Of a stretch of DNA of 64,000 nucleotides, positions 51,497 through 64,000 are shown piece by piece (positions within the stretch are counted from its first letter, which is position 1; each line of letters begins with the position of its first letter). Location: contig CM082576.2 in NCBI GenBank assembly GCA_040954595.2, forward strand, positions 11,287,129-11,351,128, read 5' to 3'. Under the pieces are notes generated by a model. It ran no database searches. It was not told the origin of the DNA and saw only the letters and a program-made list of their open reading frames with translations. Both the position numbers and the translations under genes were made by a program. The stretch is from Balanoglossus misakiensis (lineage: Eukaryota > Animalia > Hemichordata).

Positions 51497-54400
51497 AATG
51501 TAACTCTAAAACAATGGGTGGAGTATCCAAAGTGAACAGTGACATTGGTCTGTGATTTTGCTACAGTATTTTAACTTTCTGACTGGGGTTCATTTTTTGA
51601 AATCACAACAGCAGAGTTAAGACTTGCATTAGATGAAGTTCCGGTCGGCACCTACCATACATTCTGACTCTAGATTCATAAGAACAAAGACTTCAAGAGG
51701 ACAGTGAACATTCTTTCTTATATCGTGATTATTAACTTGTAACGAAGAGATCAAACATTCTTTGAAATGATTGATGTCTTTGATTTGGTGTCTGCTTTGT
51801 GAATTCTTGAGTCTTTTTTTTGTTTGAGAGCACATAAAAATTTGCTTTCAGAATCTTTTTCTGTTTTCTTTCAGGTGATATGGAACAGGAAGACCCACCA
51901 AGTGCGTACTTACTGGTGATAATTACTGGTATAGTATACCATGAGAAATGGTGTGTTTCATTTTACTCTACTCTTCAGATATTTTCAAGCATCCCGAATA
52001 CTGACGGAAGAACACCGGTTTTGAATCACTATTCAGATTCCATTAAACGCATCCTTCAGTTGGTTCTCTCAAAGGTCTTCTCTCTTTTTACAGATGCAGA
52101 CTTTTTGAAACTGCCTTGAATTAAGGGGTTGTGAGGAAATGATAGAAAGAATAGCAAATGGTAAATTAAAATCTTTTCTGTCTCCTGGGATGGATCAAAA
52201 ATACAAGGGCTTTGACACAAATCCAGAGATGGGGTCGGTTTTCACAAATCAGCGTGCCCTCTAACTAAGGCAATATGGGGCACCATTTGATGCAAAAAAG
52301 TTTTTTTTGTGATATGAGAAAGTTTGGGTAAATACAATGAAATTTAAGTAATTGCTTTCAAATGTTTGTCAGAAGGCACATAAGCATGTTTTTATTTACT
52401 TGCTATATTTGTCAGTTATGCCTCTGGATAGTGTCAAATCCTGTGTTTCCCAAAATACATTTACCTCTCAAGTACGATTTATGGTATGAGAAATTCAAGC
52501 ATTTATTTTTTACTTCAGACCCTCACACAAATTTTTAAACGTTCCCTTTCCAAACACCCTGCTTTGTTTATCAGAGAAATTTGTATGACGTATTTGAACT
52601 GATTGAAAGTGATCCATCCCAGATATTATGGCCAACCCTACACTTGACAATAGACTTACACTGTTTATCTTTCCTTTTCAATGCTGGTGTGAGAACGGAA
52701 AGGGAGGAGAGCAGAAATGCACAGAGTCATGTGCGTAAGCTTGACCTTCGTTGCACCCTTCTTGAAGGGCAAGTCAGTGTGTTTCTCTAAGGGTAAGAGA
52801 AGTAAGTATTAGGTATAAAAGGGTTAGGTTAAGTATAGGTAGGTATGACAAGGCGAAATGAAGTTGTGTCCTCCACTGGCGTGTCTGTCGACAGTGTGCC
52901 ATTGTATGCTGCAGGATAGGGGGGATTGTGCAGTCTGTTCCTGTCCTTTTGAACATTTAATTGGGAAATCCTGAGACAAACTTTTCGTTCATCTTATTTC
53001 AAGTTCCAAAAATCAAAGTCATCCCCCATCCCAAATAGAGGTGAGGCTGGCACCCTCCCCTGTACTGCAGCATACTGGAAGAAATATTTGCATGTATTGT
53101 TGATGCCTTCTTTCAAGTTGCTGTAGTGGGCCATTCAAATGTGTTTGACCACTGCATGGCTAAAAAGAATTTTCTTGGTACCATGGCATGCCAGCTTTCA
53201 GCTGACCATTAATGTAGGCCTATAGATAACTAAAATGCACTGTTAACAAAATTAGCAACGGAAGTTATTGAACCCAAATTCAGGGCAGGGTTTGTGATTT
53301 CAACCACTTGACAGTTTTTGCTCACGGTGGAGGACATTCATGAATGAACTACAATGCCAAGAGTGAACATACCAGTAATAATTTTGCTGTATATTGAAAC
53401 ATTCAGTTTACTTTTGCTTTTTTTGAGAACTGGTGTCATTCCAGCTTAGTATTCCTCTGTACAAAATAGCGTACATGCATAATCACATGCACAACACAAA
53501 ACCTGTCGAGAACATGATGCCTTTGTGATCATCTGGGGAATACTGAACTGTAATCGTACCAAGTTTATTAAGTATTCATACACAAGTAGCAACTACTGCA
53601 CAAAGTTTATTTTCGTCTGCATTTTCGCACAAGCAAGTCTGTGCAGCTAGATTTCTGTATATTATAGATTAGAAAATTGATTTCTCTCTTATGGTTTGAT
53701 ATACGTCTTGAATAGCAGAATCTTTTTATTTAAAAAAAAATTATGTTCTTGCAGAAAGTATTAAGTTCTGACAAAACTTTAATATTGTTTAGTCTTGTTT
53801 AGATGTATTGTACAATTTATAGTACCCCGGTAAGCAAAGTTGTGACAGGATGGTGTTTATCTATAAAAGCGAGTTGAAGGAAAAACATCAAATATCTACA
53901 AGATAGAGATTTTCCATGGAAATACATTGGACTGGAACCGGTACTGATATCAGCGACAGCATTTTGTGTTTTAAGTGTTGCTCCTGTCAAGAAATAAAAT
54001 GCATATTACTTTTTCTTTGCAAATATCTGTATTTTGTAATGCAATAAAACCAATGAAATGCTAAAGAGTTAGTTTAGTTTCTGGCCTTTTAATACAGCTT
54101 TTAAGAGGCCTATGACAAAGTCCCAATAGCTGTATTCTGTAGATTGAGAATTTTTAAATTAACCGTGACGGCAGTGATGCTAGTATGGCCATTGAAAATG
54201 CGCAGTTTCTGCGCTGCATTGCAATTCAGAAATGAATCTGTTGGGGGCGCTGTACTAATTCCACCCGGGAAAACTTGAGAGAAGCGTTGCGCTCCAAGCA
54301 GAGCCTGGGTCACTTAAAATTTCACCACATCTTCGCCCGCCAAAGTCTTTTGGTCGAGCCAACGACCCGTGCGATCGTACGATGTGTAGGCCACAGCTAC

Positions 54401-54919
54401 ATGTCACGTGTTTGCAGGATCATAAAGAGGTGATTTTTGCATGCAAATAGAGTTCTGGCGCACAAGTCCCGACCCCCGCACGCACGGTGTATGGATACTG
54501 TGAAATTTTGAGGTGTGGTGGTTCGGAATACTTAAGTTGTTTAACCATAAAAAGTGTTTTACAGTATACTTCGCAAATGAAGTGTACCCCAAGGAGGAAT
54601 GCACATTGAATTTGATTAAATGCGAGTTTATAAAAATTAAAATAAATTTCGATAATGGCCAATTCAAATTTGATTGGTCTCTTGATGCAGTCATTCTAGT
54701 CCATCGGTCCATGATGATAGCTGTGAAAAAAGTACATTTATAACGTTCATTTTTGCGTTGGTTCGTGACATTTCAGGCCGATACACCGCGTACGGTGGCT
54801 TGTTCATGATCTCCGAGTCGGCGTGTGTGTCTTAAGATTACGTTGTCCAATTACAGACGATCTCCTAAAGAGAGTATCCTATCTTCAATATTTATGTCGC
54901 GCGATTCTATAATTTTGGC

Positions 54920-55340
54920 CTATTATCCATCCCAATGCAACAAGAGGCCAGTGGGAAAATCTGAACACTTTACCATCGGTGTACCAAACCTAATTCTGAA
55001 ATTTGAAGGAGCTGAATCCATCTGTACCATTACAAAAAAGTCAATTATGTTGTCACCCTGTACACCACATTTATATATGCGTTTGGTATCTGCCACTGTG
55101 ACATTGAATCATAATTCCCCTCTTCGCTTCAACTTGAACCGAAACGTTGAGGAGTGTGTGGCGGAAGATAACGCTCCTTCCTGTTTGAAACCTACGACGC
55201 GGAGTTTGTCTTTTGCTTCTAGTTCTGAACTGAAAATTCCCGAACAAAACCGAGAGATGTTGTCACACATCGTACCAGGCTGTAGCCCCCGAAAGCAAAG
55301 CGACCTTGATGACCGTCCTTCGAACAAAGTGTTGTGAACC
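54920..55340 (-). pseudogene. Decayed immunoglobulin-like domain exon
   Basis: Minus frame ...ISRFCSG...VVGFKQ...RFKLKRRGEL*FNVTVADTKRIYKCGVQ...VMVQMDSAPSNF. Two Cys about 59 aa apart, an NVTxxDxxxYxC-like motif, an in-frame TGA at 55111-55109 and further stops downstream. Confidence 0.35.
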
Positions 55341-56521
55341 CGGAAAACCCATGGTATGCAGCGCCGGGGGCTAGTCTGCATTCTAGCTATGTAAAGATGC
55401 GAAACAGCAAAACATATGTCAGCGCATATTATGTATAGCCTATAGACCGTACAAGTCTGGGCCAATTGCCAGTTAATTTTTCCATGCATATACCATTCGT
55501 TAGACCATAGACAGTACGTAGAGGCTTAGAAATTATAAATGTCACTCGAATCTGAAGTGCGAAACCTAAAATCCACGCAGTTCTTCAAACTAACCAAGAG
55601 ATTAACTAGTGTTGTTTCACTAATCATTCAACTCCACGAAATATTTGTAATAGTAAAACTTTCATAACCGTATTTGCATCTGTAGGTGCCATAGAATTGA
55701 GATGGGGAGAGAAAGAGACATACAGCACAGAGAAATATAAGAGACACAAAGGCAGAGAGATGGGCATACGTAAATAGGATCAGGAGGTACCGTGATATAA
55801 GTAAACCCTTCCACACCCCTGGGTTCCGTAGTGCGGTAACTTTCACTCTCCACTTCCATATCGCAGGAAGAAAGATAACCGGCGTAAGACTGTCCTTTAT
55901 TTTAGGCGGATGTAGGCCCTAGGTTTGCCAAAAAGGAAATGTGTACCTGTGATAGTTTCGAAATGGAAACGTCATCTTTAACATACCCCCCCCCCACCTT
56001 CCCCGCACCATATTCGGGCATAGCTGGTTCTTACCTGTGGAATTGTTCTGACGTGATCCACAATCAGAGTAGGCCTACCTGTATTACTTACAACATGAAT
56101 TTGTTTGCCTTTGTCATATATAGCTTCCCGATTAACGGTTGTCAATTGAAATATACACTTAATCTGTCAGGCCCTGGTTTACATTTTCAATGAAATTTAA
56201 GTATTGTAAGATTAACGTATTAGTGCTGTTTTGTAAGCTTTCAATTTTTTTCTCTTCACCACTGACATGACCCACGGACAAAGTGTTTGGAAAGAAAGGC
56301 TTCTAGACGTCGTGATTAATGTTCCTATCTCAGGTACACGTGACAAGCAACAACACAAACGGTGCATTGTAAAGTGACGTATGACGTTATGTATACACAC
56401 TCGTACAGTCCCAGCGAACTATAAATAGCACGTCGACAGAATGCTGCCAACCATATTTAGTCCCGGTACCAGAGGCCTTACCCGATCAGTAACGTCTGAG
56501 TAGACAGCGGACAAAGCCACT

Positions 56522-59500
56522 ATGGAGACAAGACTACTACTCGTAATCTTCTGTGCGCTTTCTTCACCGGTTTTATCAAGTAAGCGAGATAGAGTTACTT
56601 TATATTTACAGTGGTACATAGCCAACATCGGCCATTACGCGAATGTAGGTCGCATGACTATGATTCTTTTATTCATCGTTGCGACGGTTCGTATTTCAAA
56701 ATAACCATGTTTTCTTTCAGGCTGGGAAGAATTTGCCGAAGAAATAAAGCGGATGGATGGAAACCGCACGGCTGATTCGAGTCTGCTACGGGCAAATTAC
56801 CTCAGGGTAGGTGTAATCAGCAGATACCGGGAAGTATAATGGGCCTTTAAAGTAAAGAGAGTAATAATGCTACGTCGTCACAATCAATACTCCTCTTGGA
56901 AATACATTCACTGCCCATTATACAGCCGCGGTTTAAAAAGGTTTCAAACGTTGTCAGAATGGGTAGCGTTACATAATAGAACAAAAAGGAATTTTACAAG
57001 AAGATGACCTACATTTAATACGCATTTTGATCATACGATATGGCAAAGTGCATCGAGTGTCACGCTGAAAGCTGTCACTCTTAATACTATCTGTATTGTG
57101 TTGTATTGTATTCCCACTGTGCTGAGTGATACACCCATTTAAAAAAAGTCACTATTACGTTTGAAACGATTCACAAATCGTTCTAGTTTGCTTTTAAACT
57201 ACACGTACACGAAGAGTTCAAGAACTTATTCTGTAGGCCACATGTTCAAAAATAAGAGAATGTACATTGTAATGCTATAATATAATGGTCATTTGTATAT
57301 TAAAACGTACATGTGTACGAATTCCCACGTCTTACCTTTTTCTATAGGTTTATTTTGTTTGATTTCCGGGTATAAGGTCACCGCAGACCATTTTACTAAT
57401 AGTAGTTCCTTATCAACCCCGAGTCCACTCAAATTGCGGAAATCGCTGCATTTTTAACACGAGTCAAATTCAAATAGTACTGGTCAAAAAGAGGAAGTCA
57501 CAAACCAGTGTACTTCCTATACTTTGCTTTCAGCAGTTTTTATGGGGAAGTAATTTTTTAACCCTGGCTTCTAGACCTAACACAGCGACAATCACTATAC
57601 ATTTATTTTACTTCATGGCAATATCTCTGCAAAGTCGTTTTGAAGAAAAAATGAGTTAGAATCAACCGTTTCTTTTTACAGGCTTCCAAGGCAGTCGGAC
57701 TGAAGAATTTTCCGTGTAGTCCAAGTTTGTTGACCCGGAGTCATAACGTTGCATCGTCAGGTGAATTTTGATTAATGCGTTTCGTGACTTTCGTCTCAGT
57801 GCTCTTTTGGATGCAATGTGGCGTGATCATTAACGCGGAGAGTCTTTCTGTGGTGACTTTGTTGAAACATGCCATAGTCATCACGCCATATAAGTAATTT
57901 TGCCCCCAGGCAAATAAGATTGGTTAATGATTGTCCTGTCTTGACACAAGATTGAAACCTACAGACGGTAGGAACGGGAAGAAAAATATACACGCACCCA
58001 CGTGGTTTCGATGGGCAGTCTCCTTCTACTAATACTTTGTATCACGATGGAATAGTAGCCAGTATTTATGGTGGCGCATTCCATCTATAGAATGTAAGAT
58101 TCCTCAGTCGAAGAGCTCCCTGTGTCATTTCATTAAAGTTCATAATACATGTATTCAGCTGAAGGTGAACGAAAATCCGCCCGAAATAAGTCTACATTAG
58201 TTACAGTGGCATTTCATGAACGTTTCAAACCAGAATTCGTCACTTCCAAAAGTCGGGTATTTGTTTTAATCGGGTGATTGTCGTTCTCCTTTTACAGTTC
58301 ACGAACTCGGACCAAGCGACATTAAGGTCATAGGTGCTCTAGGGGATTCTTTGACAGTAAGTTATTCTCTCCCATGCATACTTCCTAACACACATGCACA
58401 CGCATACACACACAGTAGGGTTTTAATAGTGTACATGTATACCTTGATTATATGAATGTGTACGTGTATGAAGGTATTGTAGGTATATTTTTACGTTGTT
58501 TTTTTAAATGTGAAGTGTGTCTCCTATACTCCTTATTACAGGCCGGAAATGGGGCAGCTGCATTGTGGATTTTACAGGTATTAACGGAATACCGGGGTTT
58601 ATCGTGGAGGTAGGTTTCCCTATACTCTGTTTTACTGTGTTGACGTCGCTACATGTGGTATTTACAGCATCACATCACATCACATCACGTCACACCACAC
58701 ATCACCGCATCATTCACACTTTAGTAGACTTTACGCTCCGCGTTCCAATTCTAATACCAAGGAACATGTTGGAACAATATGTTCACTCGCAGTTAAGATC
58801 ATAACTCAACAATGATTGTGATGAGACATCTAGCTTCGTGAAGTCATTTTGCCGCCCTGGACCTGGTCGGCATGCCAGCTTCGCAGTTTCACACACTCCC
58901 CGTCTATTTTTTGCAGTGTTGGGGGTGACAAGCGTCTAGAAGAGGTGACCACACTACCGAGTGAGTATATAAACATTCCTGATAACCATATTTCCTTGGA
59001 TAACAACTCTAAACGATGGCTTTCATTGGTTTGTTCCGAGAAATTCGAGAAATCTGCAGCTGTGTTTGTATCTCCATGGAGATATACGCCATTTATCAGA
59101 AATTTTTTGAAAGGAATCTGTTGTACAACACTACAACATTGTACTGCGACTCGTGTGTATTTATTTGTGTACTTATGAATTTGTATGCAATGATTTTGCA
59201 CTTGACTCTGTCAATTTATCAATGTGTTATTTTACATGTGACATCCAGACATTCTCCGAAAGTTCAATCCCGACTTAAATGGACAATCATTCGGGAAGGG
59301 ACCGGTCAAAGAGATTAAAAAATCGCATTTGAATGTTGCTGTGCCGGGATCCACGGCGAGGTGGGTGAGAAAGATAGAGAGAGTCTTTGCGACCGACTTT
59401 ATTATTTTTTATCACCGAACCAAAGTCAGTAACAGATAACCGGTAACCCCAAGTATTCAATATTTGAATATACCGTGTGTTATTATAAACATCGGCAAAC

Positions 59501-62333
59501 TGGTACGTCTCCCTTTCACCCGCCAAACTTATGACGTCATCTTCTTCGTATTCCACGAGCAGCGACATGCTGGATCAGGCCACGGTCTTGATTGACAGGA
59601 TGAAGAACAACCCCGACATCGATTTTCTCAATGACTGGAAAATGGTCACCTTGTTCGTTGGTGGAAATGACCTGTGCGACTGGATCAAGGATAATGACAG
59701 ATATAGCGCCGAAAATTACGTGGCGCACATCAAAGCGGCGCTGGATCTGTTGCACAGAGAGGTGAGTATACGTGTACCACGTGGTGTCGTCGTGCGTCAA
59801 AACAACCAACCATTGCTCAGACATAAGAAATTTTATAGTAATGACGTAAATCCGGTTTGATCTTCGATAGAGTTCGTTCCCTTGGAAACCATTCTGACCG
59901 ACTGTGAAGTTGCGAAGGTTGAAATACACCGCAACAGAATCTTTCATGAAGAAATTTGAATTGTATGTGACATTTTTTAATGTCTCTCTGTCGCTCCTCA
60001 CGTGTCACACCTTCTACGCCCACAGATGCCGCGCACATTTGTTAATTTAATACAAGTGGCTGACGTCATACAGCTTGCTGGAATAAAGGGCTTTGGATGC
60101 AAAGCATTACGCCTGTAAGTTAACTGCCTTGGTGTTACTTATTTTCGAAATTGTGGATCTGCATTATCTTGTGTACCACCCCCAATAGAAGGCACGTGAC
60201 TGAAAACCTATCAGCGCCACTCAGATGTCTGGTTTCACTTCACCATGGACATTATCTTGTCTTAATTATACCGGTCCGAGATTACGTCACCGACTCTCCC
60301 ACCGAGTTCTCTTTGACGGTATTCTGTGCTAGTATTTATGTATAAAAATGTTTTTTTTTTTTTTTTTTGTTTTTTCTGGCCTCTTTTGCAGATACCTCTG
60401 TCCAAGTGCCATCTTTTCCAAAACGAGCGCTACCAAGGTGTTGGCTGACTATAGGGTAAGTATTTTGAAATTAAACAACGCCGCTGGAAATTTATCAATA
60501 CTTGTTTCCCTTTTATGTGTGGGATTTAACGATAACTTTGTTAGTTTCGAAGGGAAGTGGATGGCCAGAAATATGACGGGAACTTCCATAGAAATATGTT
60601 TTATTCCAAATATTGTCACATTCTGATGTGTTTTCCCCGTATTATATCATTTCCCCAGCGAGGCTTGAGCGAATTGACGCAAAGTGGCCGCTATGATACC
60701 AAGGATGACTTCACCGTAGTTTTACAGCCTATGTATGAACACACGCGACTTCCAAGAAAGAAAAACGTGAGTGGATATGTGTGTTTGATAATATTAGATT
60801 TATTGTTTTGTCATTGTAAACATTAGTCATTGTGAAAGACATGAAGATCTGCGGTTTGTTATTTAGTTTTTGATTTTGTCTAAGCTTCATCGCAATAAGG
60901 GATGGTTCAGATTATAACATATACGTGTACCAGAAATGATATAGGGACATATGTTATTACAGTGACCCTTACCAAGTGATAGTTGACATTTCTGCGAGAT
61001 TTTTCAGTTTGTGAAGATTTACGCAGTCTACTTGCTACTGTACTCAGTCTGAACCCCCCTCCCAAAATAAAAATAAAAAGTTTGATAGAATCATCTGTAC
61101 AACTGTCACGTTATGGCAGTCTGATATTTTGTGTTTTCTTTTTACAGTCTGATGAAATCGATACTTCATACTTCGCACCGGATTGTTTTCACTTCAGCGG
61201 CAAAGCGCACGCCGCTGCGGCAAAGGCACTCTGGAACAACCTGGTACGTGAGTCTAAAACTTCCCACTCGCCATGTTAATATATTCCTCTTCCCAAACGA
61301 CGGAGAAATTGTGTGCACAACTTGCGTTCCCCTAGATTCATTAGGAGGATACCACACAACTCTGGTTGTTCAAGTAATTTATTGTATTGGCAAAGCGTAT
61401 AAATATAGACATTGTCAGAATGCTCAGTTTTGTTTTAAAGAAGAGACGCATGAATTTTGACAGTGGACAGCATCGATTTGGTGCAAAGTAGCGCCCTCTA
61501 CAGGTTCTTTTGACAATGAAGATGAAGGTGTTTGAAATCTGACGCTCAGCTTCGCCAAATGGTCACATTGCCTATCAAGATATTCCTCTTGTCTAAATCT
61601 CACGGTGTCGTCTGATGATGTTTAAATCCGCAGCTTGAACCTGTCGGCAAGAAGACGGACAAATTTGAGCCAAGCACAGAACTTCAGTTGAAGTGCCCCA
61701 ACGAGGTAATTCCATATATTTTGTATTGCATATAACATTGTTGGCCACTTTTGACATTGCTGGTCATCATCACATATAAAGCCATACATGTATGTCTACT
61801 TAGCAGATTCCTATACAGAACAACAATCAAATATCATATGAATTAAACAAAATGGAGAACTTTCCACCAAAATTTCCAGTCAAACGTAACTTTTCACTTT
61901 GATAGCATATTGTTTAAAAATGTTTCCAGTCACCTGCAGTCCGTTGATGTGTTACAGTTACATCAGTCACACGTATCTTTAAATCAAAGACAGCTTTACC
62001 GACAGACATGATCTCTTTCCCGTTCAGGAAAATCCACACTTTTACACCTCCAAGAACAGCCAGCCGAAGGCGTTGCTGTTAAAAAGTGCCGGGTCTCCGC
62101 AGAATGCCGCCTTCCACGGAGCGGCGGCGGCACCCGACGACGACACGGAGACCCAAGACGAAGACGCCAACTCGAAGACATCGTCACCCGGCGTTGCCAT
62201 CGCGGTCGGCGTCGTCGGCGGTCTCATGGTCACTGCCTGCGTGGTTATGGCCGTAGTGGTGACGATGAGGCGACGTAAGCCACGTGGCAGCGAACAGACG
62301 TGGCTGTTCGAATCAGCCAGTCCACGGGCGTGA
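56522..62333 (+). CDS. PLB1: Phospholipase B1-like GDSL/SGNH lipase, single catalytic repeat, type I membrane protein (14 coding exons)
   Basis: Signal peptide [19 protein letters not shown]; [22 protein letters not shown]; EYRGLSWSVGGD..TTLPNILRKFNP; LNVAVPG; [15 protein letters not shown]; DDFTVVLQP; [19 protein letters not shown]; C-terminal [25 protein letters not shown] followed by RRRK. Confidence 0.92.
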
Positions 62334-64000
62334 AAATAATAAGACATTCACGTTTTCCATTCCACCAGTTGTTGGTATAATATGTTATCAAGGTGATAGC
62401 ACGAAGAATGATGTACCTCGATATTTGCCTTAGCTGCAAAATGTGGCCAGAAATCTTAAATTTAATTACATTTAAAAATCGATTTTAAGAACTACAGCTT
62501 TCCGCACAAATGATGAAACATTTACATTTACTCAAGATATCTTTACTGCGTTTTAACAAATTTTATAAATTAAAATATATTTTATAAATAAAAGGGGGAG
62601 TATATATCCGGTTTAGTTTAGTAATTCCGCGATAAAAAGTCAAATTGTATTTTATTATAAAGTGTGATCACATGATAACTGTATGAAAGATATTGTTACT
62701 CGTTTGAGACTGGTGTATTGGACTAGTATCCAAGTCACGATTTTCTGGTCAACGTACAGTTTTACATTTTTAACAAGCAAGGTTTAAACAATACTTAGTT
62801 ACACTTTCAGGGAAATTGATCAACGGGAGCACACATCGTATGAGATTTTTGCATTAATTTGTTTGGTTAAGAATATGACAACAATCGCACAAATTTGTAT
62901 ATATATGATTTCAACTTGAATTTTTGTCATTCTAAGTACAATTTGGTTTTAAAGTGTCCGTAACATTTTTATAATAAGATGTCAAAATGGGAATAACGGT
63001 GTTGTCTTTTCTTTACCTACAATCCATACAATCTGACTGTTTGTGTGTCTGTCTGGCCACAATCCCTGCATAAAAGAGGGCGTGTGGTCTGGCCAACCTC
63101 TACCTGTCACAACCAGTTGCATGCACTGACGCTATTGGTTCTGTGGATTTCGGTTAATTTGTACAAGATCTTGGATCTCCGCCGCCTGTATTCATTGGGG
63201 CTGTACACGTGGTCGAATATACACATGATTCTGAAATCAAACCAATCCACTCGTAGCATTTCGATCAGGTGACCCTCTTTGCCAAGTCTCGGACTGAGAT
63301 CCCGTGGCAGGGACGATCAATATTGCCAATCACTGCCACGTGTTAGCACTACCCCCAAAAGCGTTAGTTTTGTCATCAACGTATAATTTTGTTTTACGGA
63401 CCCCGTACATGGTAGCTCGGTCAATGAACTTTGTATTAAAAAAAAGACTTATTTATTTCTACTTTGACATTTCTGAGCGTTATATCCATGTTCGCATATT
63501 TTAAAACTACACGTATCCCAAAGTCCGGAGTGTGACATTTCTCTGAATTTTCACCAATCTTTGGAATGTCTTCTTTTGGTCAAACGACTATACATCATAG
63601 TCTGTTTCTCGCCCTATCGTCTATCATCAACCACTAGTATGCAATCTCAGCACATATCAACTACATGCACATCTTGATTGTACATGCACTTAAATGGGCC
63701 ATAGGTCAAACATCATCCAACTGAGATAGCATGTAGGATTGGCCGAACCTGTGACTTCAAATCATCAACATATACACGGGAGAGAAACAAACACCGAACA
63801 AATTTCTCTTCCCTGGCAAAGTTCATGATGTATATTTGTAGAACGTTGTCCTGAATTGAGCATCATGCCAGACTGAACGACCTTGCAGACCAGACGAATT
63901 CGGTCCTTCCGCCATATTTGGAACAGTGTCCCTCATGGTAGGGCCTTGGTCCTCTTCTCGAAGAACATGCAGGGAGATCACTTTTTTGCAGTTGGTGCGT

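Noticed and set aside
52120-52540. Possible TTAA-flanked degenerate MITE downstream of CREBZF
   Set aside because: Inverted repeats are too degenerate to define with confidence by eye.
63823-64000. Open minus-strand frame of ~58 codons running off the right edge, and another at ~63106-63310
   Set aside because: No recognisable domain or clear splice context; cannot be distinguished from chance or decayed sequence within the window.
1-64000. tRNA, rRNA, snoRNA, CRISPR arrays, prokaryotic operons, autonomous transposase or RT ORFs
   Set aside because: None recognised; the window is eukaryotic and no ORF shows transposase or RT motifs. Small RNA genes could be missed without covariance-model searches.

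Overview
Gene-dense, intron-rich, AT-rich eukaryotic DNA from an invertebrate animal; the species cannot be fixed from sequence alone. I assembled about 13 protein-coding genes by splicing across the ORF track. In order: a signal-peptide first exon running off the left edge, EAPP, a RING-less coiled-coil/PRY-SPRY (TRIM-like) gene, SNX5/6, MGME1, PCYOX1-like, an orphan basic 133-aa ORF, a strongly diverged intron-containing histone H3 variant, CCDC175-like, PIGH, LPGAT1, CREBZF-like and a single-repeat PLB1-like lipase. Ten of these genes form five head-to-head pairs. The best candidate for an undescribed system is the divergent H3 variant sharing a 258-bp bidirectional spacer with an orphan Lys/Arg-rich protein that carries an LC8-type TQT motif and an RKxVDY-type motif. 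The H3 has a tail 18 aa longer than canonical, K9/K37/K56/K79/K122 changed to R, K27 lost, and mixed H3/cenH3 features. Other highlights are a 590-bp foldback element (269-bp arms, 9-bp TSD), several 20-40 bp palindromic transposon footprints with TSDs, a decayed Penelope-type hammerhead ribozyme, a GC-AG intron and a decayed Ig-domain exon. Gene names rest on my recall of the protein families; no database search was run.
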